Shown: positions 20,933 to 31,586 of the stretch, in pieces
Layout: the number at the start of each line of letters is the position of its first letter
Numbering within the stretch: position 1 is the first letter of the stretch
Source of the DNA: Andalucia godoyi And28
Lineage: Eukaryota > Protista > Jakobida
Assembly: GCA_009859145.1 (NCBI GenBank)
Contig: VRVR01000024.1
Location: 118,896-182,895 of the forward strand
DNA: 64,000 nucleotides
Reading direction: 5' to 3'
Position numbers and translations under genes: made by a program
The notes under the pieces: generated by a model
Databases searched by the model: none
Told to the model about the DNA's origin: nothing
Seen by the model: the letters and a program-made list of their open reading frames with translations, nothing else

Positions 20933-22870
20933 ATGTTTGCGAAACCACGTGTTGTTGTATCGAAGAAGAGCAGGCCTCGGTTTCAAAGCGATGAGTATGA
21001 TGATGATTACGTGGATGTTAATGATTTGTTTGGTCGTCGTCGCTCTCAAAAGATACGTGCTGCGCATCTGCATGCTCCACAGCATCTGATTCCTCGAGAT
21101 GGATTCCACGAGTTTTATCCAAACCCGTTCCCGCATTTTGATGTTTGGGAGCCCAGTTCCGCAGAACATTCAGTGGAGGAGGACTATTGTGCATCGTCAG
21201 TTATGAATCCAGAAGCAAAGTCGGAAATCGGTGCATATCTTGGATTGATTCTTGACACAATCACTTCTGAATACCCACCGATTAAGTCCATGCATATAGG
21301 GGGTCTCGAGTCAGTTTCCCAGTCTGCTGCTTCTTCCAAAAATGGGCTGAAGGAAGAGGCTCTCGAGGATGATGCATTCTCCGTGTTTGGAGGATATGCG
21401 GGGTGTGCGTACTTGTTTTGGAGAATCAGTCGAAAAGCTCTGCGCGGGACGACAGAGCATACTCGGCTGTTGAAGCAAGCATACGCTTACATACTGTCTG
21501 CGCTGCCGTATGCACGGAAATCGATTGATCTCAACTCATCGCGAACAGTATGCTCATTCATGTACGGGGAAGTCGGCACCTATGCACTAGCCGCGGCGGT
21601 TGCTGCCGACATGAGGCTTTTCGACGATTCAGCTGCATATGCTCGCGTCGTAACTTCATTTTATCCTCAGGTGATAGACGATGCATATCCATATTCTGAT
21701 GTGCTGTATGGTCGTGCAGGATACCTTCATGCGCTACTATTTGTGAATCGGTTTGCGAGAAACGCAGATGACGCGAGCATTCGTGTTTCTGACCACGGAA
21801 GCAGCGCAAATTACGGTGCTGGCGATTGCGACAGCGGGGCCGCGGAGGGGACTGCGACTGCGACTGCGAGTGAAGACAGTTGGTCGTGGATTGCGCAGCC
21901 GGCAGTATTGGAACTCGCATCACAGATTATTGTTCGTGGGCGGTTCAATGCATTGTCGATGCCGCTAATTTGGCCTTGGCTGGGCGACATGGTCTTCGGA
22001 GCTGGCCATGGTGTTGCTGGCATTTTGAATACGCTCATGAACGTTCCTGGGTTCATTGTCGATGAAGGCGAGATCCGGTTGTGGCCTGTGAATAAATCAC
22101 AGGCAGCAGATTCGTCTGTGGCGGCGGCATTCGCACAGGCTACGGTGCCAAAGGGCATTGAGATAGCGGGAGGCGGCAATGCGAGATCGCCATTGCAAAA
22201 GCAGGAGAAAACGGCGTCTCCCTTCCGAGATGCAGGCCGAAAAGGCAAGCCTTCTGCCGAGCACATCGTGCGTTCCGATGGTGCAAAGCTCATCAAATCT
22301 TCGATTGACTACATGCTCGAAAAACAGTACATGACAGGGAACTTTCCTGCAATCCTGGGTCAAGATGAGACCCAGGATGTTTTCGTGCAGTGGACGCATG
22401 GTGCAAGTGGCTTCATTAGTCTGCTACTGACCGCTTACCGGACTTATCAAGAGCCAAAGTACTTGCTTGCCGCGCAAAGCGCCGCCGAGTGCGTTTGGTT
22501 CCGAGGTCTGTCTCGCGAAAACGTCGGGCTGACATCTGGTATTGCAGGAAACGGCTACTGTTTCCTGCAAATGTATAGAGTTACGGGCAATCCAAAGTAC
22601 CTGTACTGGGCGTTGAGCTTTGGTCGGTTTGCATGCTCTGAAGACAGTCAGGGAGACCTGTGGAAGAATTCCTCTCGTCGATTTTCTCTAGGCGATGGCT
22701 TGGCAGGTCTTGGCTGTTTCTTGTCTGATCTCCTGGATTTTGAACATGCTTCTTTTCCGGGCTATGAATTGGATGAGCTGTGGGCAGCTTCGCTCTCCGA
22801 TCTTGACTGTCATCCCGATCCCCCATCCCAGCGAAGCCTTGTTGCTCGCGGGATAATGCCTGCATCCTAG
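20933..22870 (+). CDS. LanC-like (LANCL/GCR2) protein lacking the zinc-binding residues
   Basis: SVFGGYAG, DVLYGRAGYL, GAGHGVAG, QWTHGASG, GLTSGIAGN and SLGDGLAG align with the LANCL repeat motifs. Confidence 0.88.
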   Translation: MFAKPRVVVSKKSRPRFQSDEYDDDYVDVNDLFGRRRSQKIRAAHLHAPQHLIPRDGFHEFYPNPFPHFDVWEPSSAEHSVEEDYCASSVMNPEAKSEIGAYLGLILDTITSEYPPIKSMHIGGLESVSQSAASSKNGLKEEALEDDAFSVFGGYAGCAYLFWRISRKALRGTTEHTRLLKQAYAYILSALPYARKSIDLNSSRTVCSFMYGEVGTYALAAAVAADMRLFDDSAAYARVVTSFYPQVIDDAYPYSDVLYGRAGYLHALLFVNRFARNADDASIRVSDHGSSANYGAGDCDSGAAEGTATATASEDSWSWIAQPAVLELASQIIVRGRFNALSMPLIWPWLGDMVFGAGHGVAGILNTLMNVPGFIVDEGEIRLWPVNKSQAADSSVAAAFAQATVPKGIEIAGGGNARSPLQKQEKTASPFRDAGRKGKPSAEHIVRSDGAKLIKSSIDYMLEKQYMTGNFPAILGQDETQDVFVQWTHGASGFISLLLTAYRTYQEPKYLLAAQSAAECVWFRGLSRENVGLTSGIAGNGYCFLQMYRVTGNPKYLYWALSFGRFACSEDSQGDLWKNSSRRFSLGDGLAGLGCFLSDLLDFEHASFPGYELDELWAASLSDLDCHPDPPSQRSLVARGIMPAS

Positions 22871-23032
22871 GTGTTTTCCCCCCATCCATTCATTTCTGTT
22901 CGCTCAAATTCTCGATCATCCAAAAAGGGTTCATCATCATCATGCACCTGCAAACAGTTTGTTTTATTACATAAATCGCGAGGGCAACATTTGCTCGCTG
23001 TGTACGCTCCACAGGGATTCGTTCTCCATCTC

Positions 23033-24136
23033 TCAATCAATGAATCGCTGCAAAAACGCGGCATACTCTCGGACGACAATGTGGGGGACTTCAACATGCG
23101 GATAGTGACCAACTCCTGCATCGAAGCACTTTGCTGAGTCTTCGCTCTCGAGCAGTTTTTGGACTGCGACCGCCATGTTTCGACCGGAAATCTGGTCATC
23201 TGGACCTGCAAGATACAAGAAGTTGCTCTTGATCTCACGAAGTGCCTGCTCAAAGCGTTCATGGAACACCTTGCGCTCGTGCAGCTTGTACAGGAGATCT
23301 GGAATTCGTGCATAGCCCTCTCGATAGCACAACAACCCCCAGTATGCATCGATCAGAGCGGACGACGGTTTGTTGGCTCCGAATACTCGATTCATTGACC
23401 TTCGGAACTGCGCTTTTCCAAACACGAATTGCACCAAAAACTCACCCAACGGACTGATCGCAAGAACCTTTTGAATCAGCAATGGTCGATATGCACTTTG
23501 GACGATGCCACCGTTCATGATGCATACCGACTTGATAGGCAGTGTCTTTCTCACCACAAGTTCTTGTGCAACAGTCCCACCAAAGTCATGTGCCAAAATG
23601 TGAATGCGCTTCGATTCCACGTGCAGCCCGAGATGAAACAGCAGCGAAGACACCATGTCTGCCTGCACAAATGTCGAGTATTTTCGCAGTGGCGGAAACG
23701 CTGCAGCCTGCGGTTTATCCGAGAAGCCGTATCCCAGAAAGTCGACTGCAATAAACCGAACATTCAGATTACTGGACAACGACGGGTTTGACGAACGACG
23801 CCGTCGATTGTCAGCAGCAGCCGATGAGTCGCCAATATGATCGCTCCATTTCGACAGGAACGGCTGAAAGTCAAGGCTCGACGTTGGAAACCCATGGAGC
23901 AAAACCACAACATCTGAACTGGCAGATCTTCCAGCATCGACAAAGAAAACCCGGAAAGACGAGTCCAAAAATGCGAATTTGAAGAACTTCCCCTTGTGGA
24001 ACCATTCATTGAGAGATGCATTCCCCTCCAACAGCTGCTCCATCGTCACAAATGGCTGCGTCGATTTCACATACAACAGCACGCCGCTCACTAGCACGAA
24101 CGCCACCGCCATCCACACAAGCAGCGTCACTTCCAT
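23033..24136 (-). CDS. MEST-like alpha/beta hydrolase (epoxide hydrolase family) with an N-terminal membrane anchor
   Basis: LLHGFPTSS, DFLGYGFSDKP, nucleophile AHDFGG, GHYPHVE. Start at MEVTLL; the ORF-track extension is microsatellite. Confidence 0.85.
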   Translation of the reverse strand: MEVTLLVWMAVAFVLVSGVLLYVKSTQPFVTMEQLLEGNASLNEWFHKGKFFKFAFLDSSFRVFFVDAGRSASSDVVVLLHGFPTSSLDFQPFLSKWSDHIGDSSAAADNRRRRSSNPSLSSNLNVRFIAVDFLGYGFSDKPQAAAFPPLRKYSTFVQADMVSSLLFHLGLHVESKRIHILAHDFGGTVAQELVVRKTLPIKSVCIMNGGIVQSAYRPLLIQKVLAISPLGEFLVQFVFGKAQFRRSMNRVFGANKPSSALIDAYWGLLCYREGYARIPDLLYKLHERKVFHERFEQALREIKSNFLYLAGPDDQISGRNMAVAVQKLLESEDSAKCFDAGVGHYPHVEVPHIVVREYAAFLQRFID

Positions 24137-24175
24137 TGTACCTGTTCCGCGTCTTTTCCATGCGAATGAATCACT

Positions 24176-24208
24176 GTGTGTGTGTGAGTGAGTGAGTGAG
24201 TGAGAGAG

Positions 24209-24244
<36 letters not shown>

Positions 24245-24259
24245 TGAGAGAGAGTGAGA

Positions 24260-24292
<33 letters not shown>

Positions 24293-24309
24293 TGTGTGTG
24301 TGTGTGTGT
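24176..24309 (+). repeat. Compound (GT)n/(GAGT)n/(GA)n microsatellite
   Basis: Directly visible, immediately upstream of the MEST-like gene. Confidence 0.95.
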
Positions 24310-24580
24310 GCAGGAATGGACAAAAATGCTCGGCAAAAGATCTTATCCGACTGCGGCAAATCAGTGTCAAATGGGCTAATTGTGCAATGCATCATCACAT
24401 CACGAAATCTTTCTTTCTTTCAACATCTTGTGTCTTCGAGCAATCCTCATGTGTGTCTGAGCAAGCATCTGCAGTTCACAACTTTGCTTTTTACTGTCGG
24501 CAATAACAATCCTTGCCCCAGCTATTCTTTTCTGTGACACACCAAAAACAAAAAAACAAAAAAACAAACACAAGCGCGGT

Positions 24581-26677
24581 CTACCACTTTCCTCCCTTCT
24601 TTTTGGTCTTCTTGCTGTCTTTCCGAATGATCTTTGCATCCGCCGAGATTGCTGTGACATCAATTTCAACGTGCGCAGGCTGTGCCACGGTTGATCGGTA
24701 CTGGGAGTTCTTGGGCTTCTTCCCCTTCTTAAAGTAGGATCGTTCCACCAGCGGCTTCCAACGCTCCGGGTCTGCAGGTCGAGCAGGGTCAATGTGCTTG
24801 GCCTTGCGATGGCGAATATGATTTCTCTTTCGCTTTGCAGGCTGCTGCTTTTCATCCACAGCACCTGCCGCCAATGAACCATATTCCGCTTGCAAGGGCT
24901 GCTGTTGTTGCTGCTGCGTACCGCCCATGGACATTGCAGAGGGCTGTGCAGAGTGGTAGTCGATGTCGATAGCAGGACGAGAGGAAGCGCGGCTTGCTCG
25001 AAGCGAAGCATTTTGGAGGCATTCGTCCACTATCGACTGGTTCACTGCCAGCGATGAGGAGGCGACAATAGGAAGCGAAGCCTTTGCATCTGCAAACGAG
25101 TTGACCAATGCAACTTGAGCGCTCTCAGCTTCTGAAAGCTGTGTTTCAAGGGCCTTCCATGCACGAACGGCTGCTGGAAAGTCACCTGCTTGAAGTGCAA
25201 GAAACGCACGAGCTCTGGAAAGCCGATCCACGAATGCAGATTGTCTGGGTTTCTGTTGGCTCCAGAATGCGATTGCCTTGTCCAACACGGCAAACGAATC
25301 GGCCAGCCAAGAAGACTGCTTATTTGCCATCTGTTTAAAGATCGAGCAAGAGACAGCAACGACTCCAGGGAGATACGCGGCAGAAGGATCTTGCAAGCGA
25401 TCCGCAGAAATCAGCAACAACGCTTCGTGAAACTTGCGTTGCTGGACCAAGACCTGGACCATAAGAAGTGCATCTTCCAAGGGCAGTTTCTGCGTTGAGT
25501 CGAGATCCGAGGCGCACAATGCAAATGCCTCGTCAAACTTGGACTGCGCAATCAACTGCGATGCACGAACAACGCGGATGGTTCGAGACTGTTGCACCGA
25601 TTCCGGCATGTCTTGTATAGCTGCTTCGAGGGCATCCCACTTTCCAGTTTTTGCCAAGATGCACGCTTGGTTTTCGTACACCGCTGTCTTTTGATCGGCG
25701 TTGAGCTTGGACAAATCGATCTGCGCAAAGAGACTCTTCAATTTCTTCGCATTATTCTGCGCTTCATCATCCTGGTTGATCACGAGCAGATTGTTACGGA
25801 GCACTGCAATGAGCTGCTTGGAGGAAAGTGACCCACGGGCCAACACTTCACTGGTCAGTTCTCTGGCTTGCTCCACGTTTCCTTGCACCAGCAATGCGTA
25901 TGCAAGCTGTGCACTCAGAGGTGCAGTTTCCTGTTGAATCTCGGCTGCCGAGAGCCCATCATGCGCAAGATTTTCCTCTGCGATCGACAACGCACGACGG
26001 ATTTCCGAAATTGCTCGACCCAAATGCCCACCAAAGAGGTAAACACACGCGGAGTTGAACACAAACTCAAACGACGACTTGGCATGCTGCTGCTCGATCT
26101 TCCCAAGTTCGGACAACAGGGCTTCCCACTCGCTCCCGTGCATAACATGATGGGAAGATGTCTTTTCCGCGGATAATGCAGAACCTGATACGAACGCAGA
26201 GGATGCAAGAAACGAAGCATGAACCGCTATTGCCCCAGCATAATTCGTTGCAAATTCCGCGGAATGGTTGTCTGTAACCTCTCGAAGGGCTTGGATGCAG
26301 CGACTCGCTTCAGCAGACACACCCTTCTTGAACACGACCTGTGATTCAAGGAGTTTCCAGTCGGACATTCTCACAAACGAAGCATTCTGCAGCGACTTCA
26401 TAACTACTCTTTCTGATTCCACTAGCCTCTCGCTGCGATACAGTGCATACGCAGAGGAAAACACATGGCTTTCCGTCGGTGAACCGAGCTCAGAAACAAA
26501 ACCCACAACATTCGTAAACTCGCCTTGCTGAATCAGCGAAGTCAGATACACCTGCACCAGTTCTCCGTCGGATTTTCCAAACGTCGCAAAGTACGACTCA
26601 CAACTTTTCTGAACAGCTGCATGATCGCCCGAGTTAACCCCTTCGTGGATCGCCAGCAACAGTGAGTTTTCGTCCAT
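24581..26677 (-). CDS. SRP72: Signal recognition particle subunit SRP72
   Basis: TPR-rich helical body, FEFVFNSAC, basic KRKR segment and the RNA-binding motif DPERWKP..ERSYFK. Confidence 0.85.
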   Translation of the reverse strand: MDENSLLLAIHEGVNSGDHAAVQKSCESYFATFGKSDGELVQVYLTSLIQQGEFTNVVGFVSELGSPTESHVFSSAYALYRSERLVESERVVMKSLQNASFVRMSDWKLLESQVVFKKGVSAEASRCIQALREVTDNHSAEFATNYAGAIAVHASFLASSAFVSGSALSAEKTSSHHVMHGSEWEALLSELGKIEQQHAKSSFEFVFNSACVYLFGGHLGRAISEIRRALSIAEENLAHDGLSAAEIQQETAPLSAQLAYALLVQGNVEQARELTSEVLARGSLSSKQLIAVLRNNLLVINQDDEAQNNAKKLKSLFAQIDLSKLNADQKTAVYENQACILAKTGKWDALEAAIQDMPESVQQSRTIRVVRASQLIAQSKFDEAFALCASDLDSTQKLPLEDALLMVQVLVQQRKFHEALLLISADRLQDPSAAYLPGVVAVSCSIFKQMANKQSSWLADSFAVLDKAIAFWSQQKPRQSAFVDRLSRARAFLALQAGDFPAAVRAWKALETQLSEAESAQVALVNSFADAKASLPIVASSSLAVNQSIVDECLQNASLRASRASSRPAIDIDYHSAQPSAMSMGGTQQQQQQPLQAEYGSLAAGAVDEKQQPAKRKRNHIRHRKAKHIDPARPADPERWKPLVERSYFKKGKKPKNSQYRSTVAQPAHVEIDVTAISADAKIIRKDSKKTKKKGGKW

Positions 26678-27011
26678 ATCCTCTCCCTCTTGCTACGATT
26701 CTGTCCTTTCCACAATCCCATCCATACGAGAATTGATGGATGTGTGCGTCGGTCAGCATTAAAAACCAAGAAGGCAGAAAGCCGACTGCAGCGAGTGACG
26801 TAGCATCACGTGATTCTTCCCCCTCGTCGTCTTGAAGCGTCAAGTTTTTTTTCTTTTGTTGAAAAAAAGACTTGAAACGGATAATGAACTGTCATTAAAA
26901 AACCAAGCAGCCAAACAGCCAAAACAAAACAGCCCGATTGGCTTGTTGTATCAAACACATATTGGGTTTTTCCACAATTTCTTTTCCCTTCTTTTTTGCA
27001 AGGTAAGTTGA

Positions 27012-27404
27012 ATGAAACTTGTTTGCGTCGTGTATACAGTTCTTCTGCTTTCTTTTGCGTCTGCGTTTGCTTTTTCTGCTGCTGCTTTTGCTTCTTCTAC
27101 AGCCGGTGCAAGAATGACTGGGATGCCTGGAGGTCGTCATCCTGTGGATGTGAATGACGAAGGAGTTCGCGCTGCGGCTCAGTTTGCAATTGAGCAGATC
27201 AACCAGGCGTCGAACAGCTTCTACAAGGGGTCGCTGCACCAAGTAGTCTCGGCAGAAACACAGGTGGTATCCGGACTCAACTACTTTTTGGTCGTGGATA
27301 TGCACACGCCGCAGACAAACAGACACTCGAAACACGAAGTCGTTGTCTACCGTGACTTTTCAGGAAACCACAAGTTCTCCAGTCACCGAGTCATTCAAGA
27401 CTAG
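27012..27404 (+). CDS. Secreted cystatin (cysteine protease inhibitor)
   Basis: Signal peptide, N-terminal GG, AAQFAIEQIN helix, QVVSG reactive loop. Confidence 0.88.
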   Translation: MKLVCVVYTVLLLSFASAFAFSAAAFASSTAGARMTGMPGGRHPVDVNDEGVRAAAQFAIEQINQASNSFYKGSLHQVVSAETQVVSGLNYFLVVDMHTPQTNRHSKHEVVVYRDFSGNHKFSSHRVIQD

Positions 27405-27897
27405 ACAGTCGAGTAGAGAGTATCAACGTCCAGTTCCTGAGGGTTTTTTTTCCCTTGATCGCATGAGGATCCGTGAATCCATTTTTTCACTGACTGTAGT
27501 CACCATATCTCCGCAGGCATCAAGTGAAGCAATGCAACTGAGGTTTGATTCCCTCTCTGCTTTTTAAAAAATTTACTTATTTACGTTTGCTAATGCAACC
27601 GCATTTTTTCCCCCGTTTTCGATTTCCTTTGTATTGATTGTTACGTCGATGCATTAGTTTTTTGGTTTCGGTTTTGGTTTCGTTTTTTCTTCTCCTCTTC
27701 ATAATGGTTTTTAATTTTCCTTTGTCTTTAACGTTCCTTTCTTCTCTCTCTTCTCCTAATCAAGGACTTCATCTTCCATAGTTTAGTTGATTTTTTTTAT
27801 TAAATTTATTCTTTTTTATTTAAATTTTAAATTTTCCTTATTTAATTTGATTTTTAGTGGTGTTTTTGTTGTGGTTGTTGTTGTTGGTCAATTGAGA

Positions 27898-28743
27898 ATG
27901 CCAACGCAGGGTTCGACGTCGCTTTTGCACGGGAGTTTCGGAGACTCGACGTTTATTTCTATTGGAGATCCGTACGACAAGAAGACGAAAGGAGACGAGC
28001 GTATCAAGGGGAAGCAGTTTGTGACAAATCCGCCAAAAAAGGGAGTCAACACCACAGATGTGCTGTTTGAGAAGCAGTTTCGGTCGCTTTTTGTGGGTGA
28101 AAAGTACACGGATCAGTCGGAACTTGAAAGGAAATGGAGAAAAGAGGCGGTGAAGAAGATGATTGGAAGGGACTTTAGACCCGTTTCAAATCCAAAAAAG
28201 AGCGCAGGACCGGGAAACTACATCGGAACGTTTTCAGGAACAATCGAGTACATACCGAGTGGACCACAGAAGGAGTCGAAAAAGGCTGCTGCAGCCGCAG
28301 ACAAGAAACTGCTGAACTTCCGAACAAACCCACCCAAAAAGGGCGGGTTTGGTGTGCCGGGAACGACGTTTGAGAAGTTAGTCTATGCACCGGACCCAGG
28401 TGCAAAGGCCACAGCGGAGAAGTCGGAGAGTGCGGCTAAGGGAAAGCCGTTCAAGGCTTCCTTCCCTGTTGTGATGGGCTGCTTCCATCCGAACCCTTAT
28501 AAGATCGACAAGGAACTTCCTCCAAAGAAGGACAAGTCCGAGAAGAAGGAAAAGGAAAAGGTTTTCAGACCCACCGCGTCGTCACACAACCTCGGAGGAA
28601 CAATCAACAAGTTCCCGGAATACAAGCCGGAACCGTACCAAGTGAAGCCAAACACGAAGAAGGACGACAAAGCAAAGGTCTTCCGTCCCGGTGGCGGGTC
28701 GCACTCAGGATTCACGCGGTCCATTGCGTACCATGTCCTCTAA
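27898..28743 (+). CDS. CFAP96: Cilia- and flagella-associated protein 96 (C4orf47/UPF0602-like)
   Basis: ISIGDPY, repeated F.TNPPKKG, GPGNYIGTF and F.P motifs typical of the family. Start at MPTQGST. Confidence 0.75.
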   Translation: MPTQGSTSLLHGSFGDSTFISIGDPYDKKTKGDERIKGKQFVTNPPKKGVNTTDVLFEKQFRSLFVGEKYTDQSELERKWRKEAVKKMIGRDFRPVSNPKKSAGPGNYIGTFSGTIEYIPSGPQKESKKAAAAADKKLLNFRTNPPKKGGFGVPGTTFEKLVYAPDPGAKATAEKSESAAKGKPFKASFPVVMGCFHPNPYKIDKELPPKKDKSEKKEKEKVFRPTASSHNLGGTINKFPEYKPEPYQVKPNTKKDDKAKVFRPGGGSHSGFTRSIAYHVL

Positions 28744-28798
28744 ACCGTGTGCTGAGCTCGCTGCGATTCCTATTTTTGGTGAGTTGAATGATTGAATG

Positions 28799-28820
28799 AT
28801 TGAGTGAGTGAGTGAGTGTG

Positions 28821-28858
<38 letters not shown>

Positions 28859-28886
28859 AGTGCGAGTGTGTGTGTGTGAGTGTGTG
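28799..28886 (+). repeat. (GAGT)n/(GT)n microsatellite
   Basis: Directly visible, in the CFAP96 3' region. Confidence 0.9.
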
Positions 28887-29525
28887 TTTCGTGGATTGCT
28901 TGTTATGTATTGTACCTATTATCGTTCGCCAAGGCTCTGTCAGGCGGTTTTCACACGAAGTGAATCGAATGCAACCTGATTTTCCTCTTTCAAGTATGCC
29001 GCTTCCCCTTTTTCTTTTGGTAAAGAAGACAACGTTCACCGTCCTCATAGGAAACAAACAAACAAAAAAAACGACAAGACAAGACAAGACAGAACTTCAT
29101 ACCATAGCCAACAATACCAAACAAGAAGGCTGCAGCAGCAGTAGGAGTAGTAGTGGTAGTAGAAGAAAGAGAAGAGGGACAGGATGGGTAATGAATGACT
29201 TGTACGACAACAACGAAAGCCTACGAGGAATACAATACACTACGAAAACCGGGGCCCGAATCTCACCATTGCGATTCGTAAAGGAGACAGATGGGCACAC
29301 AGCAAAGACAGAGAGCAAGAAGAGAGAGAGAGAGAGAGAGAGGAGGGGGGAGGGGGAAACACTTGTCAAAACAAGAAGCAAAGAAACCAAGCAGACAGGT
29401 GGGGTACACTGGAATAAATGGAAATGAGATCACCACTGTTTTCTTCTCATGAAAGAAACCAACAGCAAACGAACAACCACTGCTCCACTCGGCAAGTCAG
29501 TGCATCCTGGCAAAAAGAGGTTTGA

Positions 29526-30386
29526 CTAGTGGAACTTAACCGGGCGATATTCACTCTTGGCAGTTGACTTGTACTCCGGCTTATCGGTATCCTTGAACTC
29601 GATGTGCGAGCCGTACTTTCCGACATCCGAGTAAACGGGCTTCGTGCGCTCGATCCGACCTCCGTTTGCAGACGATTCATAAGCAGCTTGCTGGGTCGAC
29701 TTCCACATGTCTGCGTTGCTCGGGACCTGTGCGCCTGCAAATGCCGTAGACTGTGTCGCGATCTTCTTGACCTTTTCATACTGCACACGTCCGGGATCCG
29801 CATACGAGGAATGCGCGGTGGATCCGACGCCATCGGCGGCCAACACGACAGGTTCCGACACAATGTTCGACTTTCTGCTTTGCTGCATCAGCTTTTCCTT
29901 GACCATCTTTGGAGAGTGGTCGATTGGTGCATTCACATCTTTTGCATACGTCACCTGGCTGTTCGATGCAAGATCCGATGCCCACTGCTTGCAATCCGAC
30001 TCGGACGCCCACAGCTGCGATCTGCGCGAATCTGCAATCGGGGACTTTGACTTTTCCGAAGCATTTGATCGGCTCGACGAGTCTCCACGTGCCGATCCAT
30101 ACGCAGACATTGCCTGTGACCGCATCGGCTGATCTTCCTGCCCAAGCACAAAGTGCGTGCGTCCCGCATCTGCCTTGCGCATCGCATAATCTGCCTTGAC
30201 GCCATGTGCAGCTGCAGCCGCCGCCGCATTTGCCTCACCTCCATACGATGCCTTCGAGGTCGACTCAAGCGATCCGCGCCACTCGGCCTCCGCTGCTGCA
30301 TCATGCCACTTGTACGTCGACGCTCCCTTGGAATGCGGGTTGATCCGCTCCGGAATATCAGCAACTCGCGTAGGTGGACGACTCAT
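29526..30386 (-). CDS. Hypothetical repeat protein, possibly a SAXO/Mn-motif microtubule inner protein
   Basis: Recurrent S[T/Q]xxx[S/A/E]Y units (STSKASY, SQAMSAY, STAHSSY, STQQAAY, STAKSEY), plus THFVLG and SHIEF. Family assignment is inference. Confidence 0.55.
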   Translation of the reverse strand: MSRPPTRVADIPERINPHSKGASTYKWHDAAAEAEWRGSLESTSKASYGGEANAAAAAAAHGVKADYAMRKADAGRTHFVLGQEDQPMRSQAMSAYGSARGDSSSRSNASEKSKSPIADSRRSQLWASESDCKQWASDLASNSQVTYAKDVNAPIDHSPKMVKEKLMQQSRKSNIVSEPVVLAADGVGSTAHSSYADPGRVQYEKVKKIATQSTAFAGAQVPSNADMWKSTQQAAYESSANGGRIERTKPVYSDVGKYGSHIEFKDTDKPEYKSTAKSEYRPVKFH

Positions 30387-30629
30387 CTCAATCTCTCTTT
30401 TCTCTTTTGTTTTCCTTCTTTTCAAAACCAAACAAACAAACAATAACACCAAGATCAAAAATTTAATTTAAAAAAAAAGTAATGATAAAACAATTCAAAA
30501 GAGGCAGATCCTGGGGAAAAAGCAAAAGGATGCGAGAACGATTGGACAACTGGGGAAGCTTGAGAGAGAGCAAAGGAGAGAGAGCAAAAACGAGACCGGG
30601 AAAATCACAATGTGGTCGTTGGAATTCCC

Positions 30630-30666
30630 AGACTTGAGACTTGAGACTTGAGACTTGAGACTTGAG
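30630..30666 (+). repeat. (AGACTTG)x5 heptamer tandem repeat
   Basis: Five perfect units in the divergent intergenic region upstream of ARPC3. Confidence 0.9.
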
Positions 30667-30857
30667 CAATTGAAGCGGTCTCCAGCCTTCGGGGGCCATT
30701 CATTTGCTGAAGTCTGAGGCGGCTGCTGCTGCTGCTGCTGCTGCTGTTGTTGTTGTTATTGTGCTTCAGAGCTTCACGAATTCAGGGTATTATTTGTGAT
30801 ATTAAAATTATTTTGTTGGTTGCTTGTGGAGGACCATAGAGGAAGAAACAAAAGAAG

Positions 30858-31382
30858 ATGGTGTATCATTCCGAGTTTGCGAACTCAAATGCGCAGATTG
30901 CGTGCTCGATTCCGATTCTTCCCGTCAAGACGTCGGTTCGAGGTCCCGCACCGGCGTTTGTAGCGAGCAGTCCGGATGCACGCGACATTGTGGATGAGAC
31001 GTTGTATTATTTCAAATCGAATGTTCTGTTCCGGAACTTTGAGGTGAAGAATTCTGCAGATCGCTTGCTTATTTACCTCACAATGTACACGTCACTGTGT
31101 CTGCAGAAGTTGGAGGATGTAAAGGACAAGAATGCAGCCGTCAAGGCGCTCACGATGCTTGCATCGGAGTCCGTATCGATTCCGGGAGATGGCACATTCA
31201 CGCTCAACGCCTTCTTTGAAAAACCAAAGTCAGCTGCAGAGGGCGAGACGTGCAGGACGTACTTTAAACAAGTCCGCGAAGAACTCGGAATCCGTCTAGC
31301 TGAACGCGTCTTTGAAACTCCAGTGTCGAAAAAGTACTGGTTGTGCTTCTCGAAACGCAAGTTCCTCAACAAGACTCTGTAA
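30858..31382 (+). CDS. ARPC3: Arp2/3 complex subunit 3 (p21-Arc)
   Basis: MVYHS, RGPAP, DIVDETLYYFKSNVLFRNFEVK..ADRLLIYLT, and C-terminal WLCFSKRKFLNK. Confidence 0.95.
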   Translation: MVYHSEFANSNAQIACSIPILPVKTSVRGPAPAFVASSPDARDIVDETLYYFKSNVLFRNFEVKNSADRLLIYLTMYTSLCLQKLEDVKDKNAAVKALTMLASESVSIPGDGTFTLNAFFEKPKSAAEGETCRTYFKQVREELGIRLAERVFETPVSKKYWLCFSKRKFLNKTL

Positions 31383-31586
31383 TTCAGACGACGCAGAGAG
31401 AGAGAGAGAGAGAGAGAGAGTGTGTGTGTGTGTGTGTGTGATTTTTGATGAAGAAGGGGCAGAAATAGGGGAATGAGAAAATGTGAACGTTCTTGCTCGG
31501 TTCATATGCTGAACAGGCTGATGCAGAGTTTTCGTTGTTTTTTAAAAAAAAAATGCAGATACGTTTGATGTGTGCTTTAAAAGACT

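Noticed and set aside
27420-27570. Possible tRNA-Sec or snRNA after the cystatin gene
   Set aside because: No cloverleaf, A/B boxes or Sm site recognised; part of it matches the element family instead.
29210-29285. Minus-strand TAGTGTA...CGTAGGC resembling a right end
   Set aside because: Too short and degenerate to call.
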